NCBI GenBank assembly: GCA_963835065.1
Contig: CAWIEK010000037.1
Location: 64,001-128,000 of the forward strand
Reading direction: 5' to 3'
DNA from: an uncultured Chthonomonadaceae bacterium
GTDB taxonomy: Bacteria; Armatimonadota; Chthonomonadetes; Chthonomonadales; Chthonomonadaceae
DNA: 64,000 nt
Positions within the stretch are counted from its first letter, which is position 1. Each line of letters opens with the position of its first letter. Below the pieces are notes generated by a model, which was not told the origin of the DNA, searched no databases, and was given only the letters and a program-made list of their open reading frames with translations. This document shows positions 33,081-42,698 of the stretch, piece by piece. A program made the translations under genes and the position numbers.

Positions 33081-33141
33081 TAAGGAAGCCGGGGCGCAGG
33101 GCTGACAGCCAATTTGAATACTTTGGAAGAGTAAAGAAGAA

Positions 33142-34425
33142 ATGCCGGATTTTACTTATCAAGCAATGGACAAGGCAGGCAAGGCGATGACGGGCACGAT
33201 TGCCGCCCGTGACAGCCAGGAAGCCGCCGTTAAGGTGCGCGCATTGGGCGTGTACCCGACGAAAATCGCGACGGGGGGTGGCAAAGCCCTTTCCAACGGC
33301 AGCAGCAACGGCACGAGTGCCGCGCTGAACGGCAAACAAAAGGCTGGGACTTCAGCCACTGCCGCCGCGCCCGCCGCTCCCAAAGGCAAGAAGATTACGC
33401 GCGTTCAAATACTGCTGTTCACGCGGGAAATGTCGGATCTGCTGGAAGCCGGGCTGCCGATGGATCGCGCGTTTTCCGTGCTGATTGACCAGACGGACAG
33501 CGACTCGCTTCGCGCCATGCTGATGGCGATGCAGGGCGACATTCGCGCCGGGCAGCCGCTTTCGGACGCGCTGAAAAAGTTTCCGCGCGAGTTTACCGGA
33601 CTGTACGCCAACATGGTTCACGCGGGCGAAGTATCGGGGCAGCTTGCCAGCGTGATGACGCGGCTTGCCGACTTCATGGAAAAAGAGCAGGTACGCCGCA
33701 GTCAGGTCATGGCCGCGCTCACGTATCCTCTGGTGCTTATCGGCGTGGCGGTTCTGGCGGTGACGTTTTTGCTGGTCTTTGTAATCCCGATGCTTTCGGG
33801 CGTGTTCAAGGATTTGGGCTCGAATTTGCCGATTACGACCGTAATTCTGCTGGCGCTGTCGGGTTTTCTCAAGTCGTACTGGTATCTGGTGATTATGATC
33901 ATTGCGGGCATCGTGTTCGGTTTCCGTACCTGGGTACGTAGCCCAAGCGGGGAGCGGACATTTGACAATGCGCGCATGAAAATGCCGCTCTTCGGCGTAC
34001 TGGTGCAAAAGATCGTCGCGGCGCGGCTTGTCCGAACATTGGGAACGCTGCTGGGCGGCGGCGTGCCAATCTTGGAATCGATGGAAATCGCCGCTTCCGC
34101 TTTGGGCAATGTCGTGGCGATGGAAGCCCTGCTTGCCGCTCGGGGCGGGGTGCGGCAGGGCGAGACGCTGCACGAATCTATGGAGAAAACCGGGACGTTT
34201 TTGCCGCTCGTGATGCACATGACGGCGGTTGGCGAGGAAACCGGGCGATTGCCCAACATGCTGCTGCGCACGGCAGATACGCTGGACTTTGAAGTGGACA
34301 ACGCCATGCGCCGCATGACAAGCCTGGTGGAACCGCTTGTCGTGCTGCTGATGGGCGGCTTTGTGGGCTTCATCGTGCTTTCCATTCTGCTGCCGATCTT
34401 CAAGGCCAGTACCCTTGCCAAGTAG
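33142..34425 (+). CDS. gspF: GspF/PilC inner-membrane platform protein
   Basis: MPDFTYQA, LLEAGLP, MVHAGEVSGQL, ALTYP and VGEETGRL..LVEP. Confidence 0.95.
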   Translation: MPDFTYQAMDKAGKAMTGTIAARDSQEAAVKVRALGVYPTKIATGGGKALSNGSSNGTSAALNGKQKAGTSATAAAPAAPKGKKITRVQILLFTREMSDLLEAGLPMDRAFSVLIDQTDSDSLRAMLMAMQGDIRAGQPLSDALKKFPREFTGLYANMVHAGEVSGQLASVMTRLADFMEKEQVRRSQVMAALTYPLVLIGVAVLAVTFLLVFVIPMLSGVFKDLGSNLPITTVILLALSGFLKSYWYLVIMIIAGIVFGFRTWVRSPSGERTFDNARMKMPLFGVLVQKIVAARLVRTLGTLLGGGVPILESMEIAASALGNVVAMEALLAARGGVRQGETLHESMEKTGTFLPLVMHMTAVGEETGRLPNMLLRTADTLDFEVDNAMRRMTSLVEPLVVLLMGGFVGFIVLSILLPIFKASTLAK

Positions 34426-34569
34426 ATTTTGATAAGCTGGCTGTGATTGTGAATTGCGAGTGGCGGATGCCGCTGTTGTCCGGGAACATAGGACCGGAAG
34501 AAACGCGCTTTAGCATTGGAAACATTGCTGTTACCGGTTCCTTGTCTGAGAACCAAAGGAGATTTCGGA

Positions 34570-35031
34570 TTGAAAATCCATACCCCCATGATACATGGCC
34601 GCGCCACGCAGTCGCGCCGCCGGCAGGGTTTTACCCTGATTGAGATTCTCGTTGTCGTCGTCATCATCGCGGTGCTGGCAGCGGTTGTCGTGCCCAACGT
34701 TATTGGCCGCATCAAGGACGCCAAACAGTCCGCCGCGATTGCCAACATCAAGTCGTTCGACAACGCTATTGACCAGTTCAAGCTGGATACGGGTTCTGAC
34801 CCGGCCACGCTGGATGCGCTGACCACAAATCCCGGTACGCCCAAATGGAACGGTCCCTACTTCAAAGGAGCCAATTCGATTCCGTTGGATCCCTGGGAAC
34901 ATCCCTACCTTTACAAAATTCCCGGCGACAATGGCCGAGACTATGACATCAGTTCCGCCGGCCCCGACGGGCAGCCCGGCACTGCCGACGACATCAAAAG
35001 TTGGGACCTGACGGGAACCGGTGCGAAATAG
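34570..35031 (+). CDS. gspG: Major pseudopilin GspG
   Basis: GFTLIEILVVVVII prepilin motif, WNGPY, DPWEHPYLY and SAGPDG..DDI. TTG start after AAGGAG. Confidence 0.93.
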   Translation: MKIHTPMIHGRATQSRRRQGFTLIEILVVVVIIAVLAAVVVPNVIGRIKDAKQSAAIANIKSFDNAIDQFKLDTGSDPATLDALTTNPGTPKWNGPYFKGANSIPLDPWEHPYLYKIPGDNGRDYDISSAGPDGQPGTADDIKSWDLTGTGAK

Positions 35032-35039
35032 GACAACTA

Positions 35040-35160
35040 AGGTTTCAGGTTTCAGGGTTCAGGTTTCAGGGAGGAATAACCAGATTATCCTTCCTGCTTA
35101 CCAGACATAGAGAATGAATGAAGGCTTGACCTGAAACCTGAAACCTGAAACCTGAAACCT
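35040..35160. repeat. Inverted heptamer arrays (AGGTTTC)n spanning the gspG-gspH gap
   Basis: 35040-35070 matches the reverse complement of 35130-35160 at 30 of 31 positions. Confidence 0.9.
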
Positions 35161-35167
35161 AATCCCT

Positions 35168-35722
35168 ATGAACAAAGGCTTTACCCTAATTGAAATGGTC
35201 GTCGTTATCATCATCGTGGCGGTGATGACGAGCATCGTTGTGCCGGCGTATGCGCGGTTTTATGCGCGGGCGAGCTTCGATGGGCAGGTGCGCCAGGTGC
35301 AGGATGCGTTTGCGTATGCGCGGGAACAGGCACTGGAGCGGGATGCCACCGTGACGCTGGAATTCAGCCCGCAGACGGAAAGTTTCGATATTACGCTGCA
35401 GCCGCCCACGCCGCCCACCGATCAGCCCACGGCGTATGCCAACGCCAACGTGGATACCTCGACGTTTGCTTTGTCGCACACGGTTCAACTGGACAGTTCG
35501 GTTGGCGTTGTTGGATTTACCGCTACCGATACCAGTCAGGGCATCGTACCCGGCGGTTCGACAGGAAATGCAAACAGTAATCGGGGAGCGACAACGGTGT
35601 CTTTCCGCGCGGACGGCACTTCGGATGGCGCGCAATTGACCGTTGTCAGCGCCCAAAATCCCTATTCCGCGCATCTGACGCTGCATCCCGCCAACGCCCG
35701 CCTGACTCTGGACGAAAATTAA
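35168..35722 (+). CDS. gspH: Minor pseudopilin GspH/FimT-like
   Basis: GFTLIEMVVV, YAREQA and FRADGTS. Confidence 0.85.
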   Translation: MNKGFTLIEMVVVIIIVAVMTSIVVPAYARFYARASFDGQVRQVQDAFAYAREQALERDATVTLEFSPQTESFDITLQPPTPPTDQPTAYANANVDTSTFALSHTVQLDSSVGVVGFTATDTSQGIVPGGSTGNANSNRGATTVSFRADGTSDGAQLTVVSAQNPYSAHLTLHPANARLTLDEN

Positions 35723-35742
35723 TCCGCCGGGAAGATAAAACT

Positions 35743-36300
35743 ATGCGCCACATTGTTAGAAAAGGAGAAAAGGAGAAAAGGAGAAAAGGAGAAAATGGCA
35801 AGGATTTTCTTGTCTCCCTGTCTCCTCGTCTCTTCTTTTCCCCCTCTCGTTCCCGGCGTCGGGCGCAAGCCGGGTTTACGCTGGTCGAGATGATTGTGGC
35901 GACGGTTTTGCTGGCGATAGGCGTGGTTGCCACGCTGGGAGCCATTCACGCGGCTGCGACAACCACGCTGGCGGCGGAGGGCGCGCAAACTTCAGCGCTG
36001 CTGGCCCAAAAGCAGATCACGCAACTGCAATTACAGCCCAACCAAATATCGGGCGGCGACCAGTCGGGTGATTTCGGCGAGGAGTATCCCGGCTACAGTT
36101 TTCAGCAGAGCGTAGAAGCGACGGATTACCAGAATTTGTTCAAAGTGACCGTGACCATCAGTTGGGGAGGCAATAATAACCCGCACAAGCGCGAATACGT
36201 CACCTATCTCAGCAACGGCCAACTGGTTACAAACCCCAACGGCGTTACTCCCGGCAGCACAACGACAACCGGAACGCAGGGAGGCGCCAGTGGCAAGTAA
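35743..36300 (+). CDS. gspI: Minor pseudopilin GspI/PilV-like, with a repeat-derived leader
   Basis: GFTLVEMIVA preceded by KGEKEKRRKGE..LSPRLFFSPS. Confidence 0.8.
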   Translation: MRHIVRKGEKEKRRKGENGKDFLVSLSPRLFFSPSRSRRRAQAGFTLVEMIVATVLLAIGVVATLGAIHAAATTTLAAEGAQTSALLAQKQITQLQLQPNQISGGDQSGDFGEEYPGYSFQQSVEATDYQNLFKVTVTISWGGNNNPHKREYVTYLSNGQLVTNPNGVTPGSTTTTGTQGGASGK

Positions 36301-37297
36301 GAACAGGGAACAGGGAACAGGGAACAGGGAACAGAATGTTTCCTTCATCCTTCATCCTTCATCCTTCATCCTTCGGCGCAGCGCATTTACCCTGCTGGAA
36401 GTGCTGGTGGCGCTGATTATTTTTGGGATCATTACGGTGGCGCTGTCTACCGCACTGTCTGGCGCGCTGCGGGCGCATGTTCTGGCGGAACAGCGGCAGG
36501 AAGACAGCGAAAACGTGCGCGGACTGTTCGCCATTCTTGGGCGGGATTTGCAGAGCGCGTATGGATCGAAGAACGATCCGAATTCCATATTTATCGCGGG
36601 TGGAAGTGGGCAAAGCGGCCAGAACAGCGCGGGCAATGCGCTGCTGACGCTGGCGACACAAACGCATCGGATTACCACGACGGACACGAATGTGGACCCC
36701 ACTGCAAATCAGGCGGGACTAGGTAAAGCGCCGGGATTGGGTTCGATCAATGGGACGCAGGGGAGTAACGACCCGCCGCAGCAGCCGCTGGAATTTGTAC
36801 GCTACGATCTCGATCCGCAGGCAGGCACACTGACGCGGCTGACGCAAACCGTGCCAAATCTGCAAACAATACAATCGGCTGCGCCCGGCCCGGAAAACAT
36901 CATTGCCGGGAATATCGTCAGCCTGACCCTGCAATACTGGGACCCGTATCAGCAAAACTGGCGCGACAGTTGGGATTTCGAGCAGCCGAACTTGCCCGAC
37001 CCCGCCACCGCCGCGCAAACGATGGGCTTTCCGCAATCTACGACGAGTACGTCCGGGCAAAGCAGCGCGACATCGGCGAGTGGAACCACGACGGGAACGG
37101 GAAGCGGAGACATTGGATTGCCGTCCGCCGTGCAGATCATGGTAGTGCTGCGCAGCAGCAACGGCTCCCCGAAAAGTTATTCGATGATTCTGCCCATTGT
37201 GTCGCATGACCTGCAAGATTATCCCTACATGGGCGGACAGCAAATGGACCCGAACGCGCCGCCCGCGACAACTGGAACTACGGGAACAGGCGGTTAG
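36290..37297 (+). CDS. gspJ: Minor pseudopilin GspJ-like, with a repeat-derived leader
   Basis: AFTLLEVLVAL, RDLQSA, WRDSWD and LPSAVQI. Leader NREQGTGNREQ..SFILHPSSFIL. Confidence 0.85.
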   Translation: MASKNREQGTGNREQNVSFILHPSSFILRRSAFTLLEVLVALIIFGIITVALSTALSGALRAHVLAEQRQEDSENVRGLFAILGRDLQSAYGSKNDPNSIFIAGGSGQSGQNSAGNALLTLATQTHRITTTDTNVDPTANQAGLGKAPGLGSINGTQGSNDPPQQPLEFVRYDLDPQAGTLTRLTQTVPNLQTIQSAAPGPENIIAGNIVSLTLQYWDPYQQNWRDSWDFEQPNLPDPATAAQTMGFPQSTTSTSGQSSATSASGTTTGTGSGDIGLPSAVQIMVVLRSSNGSPKSYSMILPIVSHDLQDYPYMGGQQMDPNAPPATTGTTGTGG

Positions 37298-37397
37298 CAG
37301 AACAGTTTTCAAGCGGTATATTTTGCCGATAGCCGCAAACATCCTGTCACGGTGTTGGCAGTTCTGAGTTCAGAACTGAAGCAAAGATAAAAATCGC

Positions 37398-39356
37398 ATG
37401 GGTAACTTTGTACCAAAAACAGCATATCGTTCAAGTCCGCTGTGGCGCAAACCGCGTCAAAGACGCCTTCATGCCGTCCCGGTTGTTATGCTGCGGGCTG
37501 ACGGGCAGGCGCTTATTCCTGTCATTTTCGTGATGCTGATTTTGACCGTTGTGGGCGTGTCCTTCGGCGTCTCGGCGCACCGCAATGCGCAGGCCAGCGG
37601 CAATTACGTCAACCAACTCCAGCGCTATTATGTGGCGCTCGGCGCAATGAACTATGCCATGAGCGCGCTGGCGGAAACCAGCAACAACGGCTCCACGTAT
37701 GGCATCGTGCCGCCCCTGCCCGACACCGACTCGAATGGTTGGGCGCAGGTTGGCGATGCGTGGGTCAAGATTGATGTGATAGATACAGGCGCGTTCCTGA
37801 ACTTAAACAGCGTGACGCTGGCGAATTTACAGCGTATGCCGGTTTTTCGAGATAACCCCGATCTGGCGAATGCGGTCATAGCATGGCGAACCAGCGCGAC
37901 TGCAACGACGGGAGCCACAGGGTCTACAGGCGGAGCATCCGGCGCGTCCTCCTCGTCGGGCACGGCTGCAGGCGACGATCCCTACCAGAGCCTTTCACAA
38001 CCGTACACGCTGAAAGCCGCGCCCTATGATACGGTTGAAGAGCTGTTGCTGGTGCAGGGAATGACGCCCACGCTGCTGTATGGCAACGCTGCCGGCTCGC
38101 CCATTTCCGCATCCGATACGGAAACCGACTCCGCCAATGGCGTAACCTCAACGACTATAAATTCCGGCTCCGGTTCTACGGGCACTTCCTCTACCGGCAG
38201 GGCGGCGGCGCGTTCGCGGGGCGCGAAACTGTCCCGGCAAGGCGGTCTTGGAACGGTCTCTTCTGCAGGTGGCACGGGTGGAACCGGGGGTACGGGAGGC
38301 GCAGGAGGAACGGGCGGCGCGGCGGGCGCAGGCGGAACCGCTGCCGCCGCCGCTGAAGATTTCAGCGACATTTACACCGATAGCAAGGTTGTGCTGGCGC
38401 AGTTGTTTACGACGGTATCCCGCGAGCGCAACGTCGCTTCGGATGGCAACCCGCGCATCAACGTCAATACGGCCACCGCGCAGGATTTTCAGGATCAGCT
38501 TGGCTTAACGGCGGCGCAGGCCAATGGTCTTATCCGCTTTCGCACTCCGCAAACAACGGGGACAGGCGCGCAGGGCGGCGCAGGTAATACCGGTGGGGCT
38601 ACTCGCCCCCCTGCGGCAACAACTCCCAACCTGCGCAGCGCCTATGATCCGCTCGATGCATTGGACGTGACCCGGCAGGCGGCAGCCGGAGCCGGGGGAA
38701 CAGGCACAGCGCGTCCACCCACAACCGGCGCAACAGGCGGTACGGGTGGGGCAGGTGGTGGAACTGGCGCTGGTACAGGTGGTGGAACCGGCGGCGCAGG
38801 CGGCGCGAAAACCGGCAGTGGGGGAGCAGCGCAGGCGCAGTCCTTTAAAACTATCGCGGATTTGCTGGAAGTGACGACATTTACGCGCACCGTGATGCAG
38901 CGCGTGGCGGACAAACTCAGCGTGGATGATAAGGTTTTTCATGAAAACCTGGTCAACATCAACACCGCGCCCGCCGAGGTGCTGGCAACCGTGCCCGGCA
39001 TGACCCACAACATTCTGAACGCGATTTTGAATTACCGGCAGAACGGGACGTATTTTCAGGATTTAGGCGACTTCTTTGCCTTGCAGGATTTGCAGCGCAC
39101 GGATTTTCAAGCCGTCGTCGCTTCGCTGACAACGAAAACCTCCACCTACTACGTGCATATTAAAGTGCGTACAGGGGAACAGCAAAGCGCGTATGCGGTT
39201 TCCGCCCTGGTGGAAATGACGGATAATGGCCCGCATGTGCTGCAATGGCGGGAAGTGCCGCGCGTTCCCGGCTGGTCTACCTGGCTCAAGCCGCCCACGC
39301 TGCCCACGCCCACATTGGGACAAAACAGTTCCGGCAGTTCGAGCAGCGCACAGTAA
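37398..39356 (+). CDS. gspK: Minor pseudopilin GspK with Gly/Thr-rich inserts
   Basis: GQALIPV, LNLNS, TVEELLLVQGMT, RINVNTA and VNINTAPAEVL. Confidence 0.85.
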   Translation: MGNFVPKTAYRSSPLWRKPRQRRLHAVPVVMLRADGQALIPVIFVMLILTVVGVSFGVSAHRNAQASGNYVNQLQRYYVALGAMNYAMSALAETSNNGSTYGIVPPLPDTDSNGWAQVGDAWVKIDVIDTGAFLNLNSVTLANLQRMPVFRDNPDLANAVIAWRTSATATTGATGSTGGASGASSSSGTAAGDDPYQSLSQPYTLKAAPYDTVEELLLVQGMTPTLLYGNAAGSPISASDTETDSANGVTSTTINSGSGSTGTSSTGRAAARSRGAKLSRQGGLGTVSSAGGTGGTGGTGGAGGTGGAAGAGGTAAAAAEDFSDIYTDSKVVLAQLFTTVSRERNVASDGNPRINVNTATAQDFQDQLGLTAAQANGLIRFRTPQTTGTGAQGGAGNTGGATRPPAATTPNLRSAYDPLDALDVTRQAAAGAGGTGTARPPTTGATGGTGGAGGGTGAGTGGGTGGAGGAKTGSGGAAQAQSFKTIADLLEVTTFTRTVMQRVADKLSVDDKVFHENLVNINTAPAEVLATVPGMTHNILNAILNYRQNGTYFQDLGDFFALQDLQRTDFQAVVASLTTKTSTYYVHIKVRTGEQQSAYAVSALVEMTDNGPHVLQWREVPRVPGWSTWLKPPTLPTPTLGQNSSGSSSSAQ

Positions 39357-39469
39357 GAGAATAAGTGATGAATGTTGAGTGATGAATGATAAATAGGACG
39401 CTTATTCATCATTCATTATTCATCACTCAGCATTTTTATCCATACCCTTATGTTTTGAAGGAGTTTCGG

Positions 39470-42109
39470 ATGCGTACTAATACTTCCGCCCGGAGCGCTG
39501 CCTCGACGACGATTGCCGTTGATCTTGGGGCGACTGCCGTGCGCGTCGTGGAAATGGATTTCGATGGGGGTGGCACGGCGCGTCTGACGCGGCGGGGCGT
39601 CGCGCCGATTCCTCCCGGAACGTGGAATGATCTCAGCACGAACCGTGACGCCATGAGCGGGGCGATTACGCAGGCGTTATCGGCGGCGGGTATCGTAGGA
39701 AGATCGGTAGTTGCCTGCCTGCCGCGCCGCCTGGTGACGATGCGGTTTGTGCGCCTGCCCAACGCCCCCCCGGAACAGATGCGGGGCATGGTGGAGTTGG
39801 AAGCGCAGGAGTATGTATTATTCCCGCTCGACGATGTGATTCTCGATTACCATGTTATCGTCAATCCGAACGCGAACGTAATGGGCGGCGATGACATGAA
39901 CACCGTTCTGCTGGCGGCGGCGCGGCGTTCGCTAATCAATGACGTGATGGCCGTATTCGACCGGGCGGGGCTGGAACTGCTGCAATTGTCCGTGTCGGCG
40001 CTCGCGCTTGCAGAAAATGCCCGCGACAGCCTGGAACCCACCGCGCTGATTGACGTGGAACCCGGCGAATTGGATGTGGCGGTAATCGCGGACGGGCAAT
40101 TGCTGTTTACCCGCGCTTCCGCGCTGGATATTGGCGGGGTGCGCCCGGAAGTGGCCGAGCGGCGTATCGTGGAAGAAGTGATGCGCTCGTTTACGGCCTA
40201 CCAGAACGAGTTTCGTCAGCGCCCCATCGCGCATGTCACCATCGGGGGGGAAAGCGCGACGGGCGGGGCGGCGGAAGCTTTGTCCAGCGCTCTGACGGAC
40301 ATGCTGGAAATGCCTGTCGCGCCGCTTGCGCCGCGTGGCGTTCCCGCCGGGGATGCGGAAGGCCGCGCGTGGGCAACAGCTATTGGCATGACCCTGCAAT
40401 CTCGCGTGGGCAGTATCGCGCCCATCAGCCTGGTTCCCAACGAGCGCGCGATGCGCAAAGCAAATCAGGCAAAACTACAGCGTAAGCGCCTGATGGCGCT
40501 TGCCGGTGCGGCGGCGGCAGTGGGGGTACTGTGGGTTGGCTCAAAAGCCTACGCTGAGGCGCAAAAGACTGCCGCCTTAACGCGGGAAGAAAACGCGGGG
40601 CTGCAGGACATTACCGAGCGCCTGACCAAACTCAAAACACAGCATGACAAAGTTCAGGCGGTTTACGATGAGGTCGGCAATGGCCTGGATCGCAACCATC
40701 CCGCCGTAGATGTGGTGACGGCGCTCAATGCGGCCCTGCCCGCAGCGGCGGACATCTGGCTGACGCAGTTTCAATTCGAGCGGGGCGGCGCGCTGACGCT
40801 GCACGGCGAAACCAAGCGCGCGATGGCGGCTACGCAATTGGTACTGGCGCTGCAAAAATCCGGCGCGTTTACGGATGTTCGGCTGACGTATGTGGGCGAC
40901 TCGCAGGAAAACTCGCCCACGCAAACACCGGCTCCCGCGCCCGCTCCTGTCCCGGCAGCCCCGGTGACAACGACGGCAGCGTCCACGACGCCAACCGTGC
41001 CGACGCTTCCCGCGCCCGCTTCCTTCGGCGGATTTCCCGGCGGCAATCGGGGCGGCTTCAATCCTGGCGGCGCGGGCGCGAACCCCGGTGGCAATGCGCA
41101 GACGCCGGTGATTATCACCCCGACCAATGGAGCCGCCTTCACGCCTCCGAACGGCGGGAACTTCGGACCGCGCAATCGAGGCGCGTTTACGCCGCCAAAC
41201 GGGGGAGGATTTACGCCGAACGGCACACCCAATTTCCCCACAGGCGGGGGAGCGACTCCCGGCAACGCGCCTGCCCCAGTCTTTCCGGGCAATGCCCCGG
41301 ACCAACCCGCAATTCCCATTCCTTCGCCCAATCCTCCACCCGGCGGCGCCTCCGCTGCGGGGAGTAACGGAACACGCCAGGCAAGCCTGCAAACTAAGTC
41401 GGGGCATTTGGTATTAGCAGGCTGGCAGCAGGATAACGGCGGCAATGGCAACGGCGGTAACGGCGGCTTCGACCCTAACGCCAATAACGGCAATGGCGGA
41501 AACAACGGAGGCGGCAGGCGTAACCGCCGCAATCGCGGGGGAAATAACGGCGGCAACTTCAACGGCGGTAACGTTGACCCCAACGGCAACAACAACGGCA
41601 ACGGAAACAACGGTAATAACGGCAACAATGGCAACGGCAACACGAACACCACTGGGCCTACGTACAGCAATGGCAGCATTTACGGAGCCGCGCCCACCAA
41701 TCCTTTCGCCAATGGACAAATTGGCGGCAACGGCAATGGAAACGGGAACGGCAATGGCAATGGCAATCCCGGCGGCGGGTTCAACAGGAGATTCAATAGA
41801 GGGGGTGGGGGCAACGGCACGGTTCCTTCCGTCAGCGCGCCGGCAGGAGGCATTCAGCGCGAGCGCGTCATTCGCAGAAACGTTCCGATTGTCCGCCCGA
41901 AAGTGAATTCACCGAAACAAACCCTCACGAGCTTCGTCATTACTTGTCGAGTGAACATGAAGCGCGCGGATTTGATTCCCGCCGGCGCGACGGTATCTGC
42001 CCCTGACACCAAGCCGAATACGGCCCCTCGCGCGACGAAAACTACCCGGCGCGCGGGCAGCGCGAACAATGCCATACAGAATGGGGGCGACGATGCAGAC
42101 AATGAGTAA
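39470..42109 (+). CDS. GspL-like PilM (actin-like)-TM-PilN fusion with a long low-complexity insert
   Basis: IAVDLGA, actin-fold PilM motifs, a TM helix and IWLTQFQF..LTLHG..FTDVRL, then ~340 aa rich in P/G/N, then SFVITCRV. Confidence 0.8.
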   Translation: MRTNTSARSAASTTIAVDLGATAVRVVEMDFDGGGTARLTRRGVAPIPPGTWNDLSTNRDAMSGAITQALSAAGIVGRSVVACLPRRLVTMRFVRLPNAPPEQMRGMVELEAQEYVLFPLDDVILDYHVIVNPNANVMGGDDMNTVLLAAARRSLINDVMAVFDRAGLELLQLSVSALALAENARDSLEPTALIDVEPGELDVAVIADGQLLFTRASALDIGGVRPEVAERRIVEEVMRSFTAYQNEFRQRPIAHVTIGGESATGGAAEALSSALTDMLEMPVAPLAPRGVPAGDAEGRAWATAIGMTLQSRVGSIAPISLVPNERAMRKANQAKLQRKRLMALAGAAAAVGVLWVGSKAYAEAQKTAALTREENAGLQDITERLTKLKTQHDKVQAVYDEVGNGLDRNHPAVDVVTALNAALPAAADIWLTQFQFERGGALTLHGETKRAMAATQLVLALQKSGAFTDVRLTYVGDSQENSPTQTPAPAPAPVPAAPVTTTAASTTPTVPTLPAPASFGGFPGGNRGGFNPGGAGANPGGNAQTPVIITPTNGAAFTPPNGGNFGPRNRGAFTPPNGGGFTPNGTPNFPTGGGATPGNAPAPVFPGNAPDQPAIPIPSPNPPPGGASAAGSNGTRQASLQTKSGHLVLAGWQQDNGGNGNGGNGGFDPNANNGNGGNNGGGRRNRRNRGGNNGGNFNGGNVDPNGNNNGNGNNGNNGNNGNGNTNTTGPTYSNGSIYGAAPTNPFANGQIGGNGNGNGNGNGNGNPGGGFNRRFNRGGGGNGTVPSVSAPAGGIQRERVIRRNVPIVRPKVNSPKQTLTSFVITCRVNMKRADLIPAGATVSAPDTKPNTAPRATKTTRRAGSANNAIQNGGDDADNE

Positions 42110-42698
42110 ACGAGATAGAACCTTAATAATCGTGATGGTTCTCGTGCTGCTCGTGGCGGGTGTGCTGGTACTAAGCCCTTCAGGAACCGGGGGCGCGGGC
42201 GCGGGCAAGCAGTTGCCCTTAGCGGATGCGCAAAAGCAGCGAACGGAAAAGAAAAAGCAGTACAAGCAGCTTACGGATGACATGGCCGCGCAGCAGCCGC
42301 GTATCGAGCGCATGACGTACAATATGGCGCCGGAACAATTGAGCGCGACGGTGACGGAAAATTTGTACCTGCTGGCGGACAAAGCCGGTGTGCATATCCG
42401 CGAAATCAAGCCGCTGCGCGCCAAAACGCTGAAATCCGGGAGCATTGCCCGCGTTCCCCTGGAAGTGCGCTTTCGCGCTCCGTTCCAGCCCAACGTGATG
42501 AAATTTTTGTACTTTGCCGAAGACCCGGCCAACAAGATTGTGGTAGATAAAGTGAGCATTACTTCGACGGACACCCACTTGAAGTCGGTGGATGTGGCCG
42601 CGCAAATCAGCGTATTTACGCGCTCCTTGACGGGTTCCTCGTCGGGCGCAGGAGAAGGAGACACCAGTGACAGCACGCCATCAACCAACCGGGGATAA
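42093..42698 (+). CDS. GspM/PilO-like protein
   Basis: MSKRDRTLII + TM helix, coiled coil and VPLEVRF..VMKFLY ferredoxin-like pattern. Confidence 0.75.
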   Translation: MQTMSKRDRTLIIVMVLVLLVAGVLVLSPSGTGGAGAGKQLPLADAQKQRTEKKKQYKQLTDDMAAQQPRIERMTYNMAPEQLSATVTENLYLLADKAGVHIREIKPLRAKTLKSGSIARVPLEVRFRAPFQPNVMKFLYFAEDPANKIVVDKVSITSTDTHLKSVDVAAQISVFTRSLTGSSSGAGEGDTSDSTPSTNRG

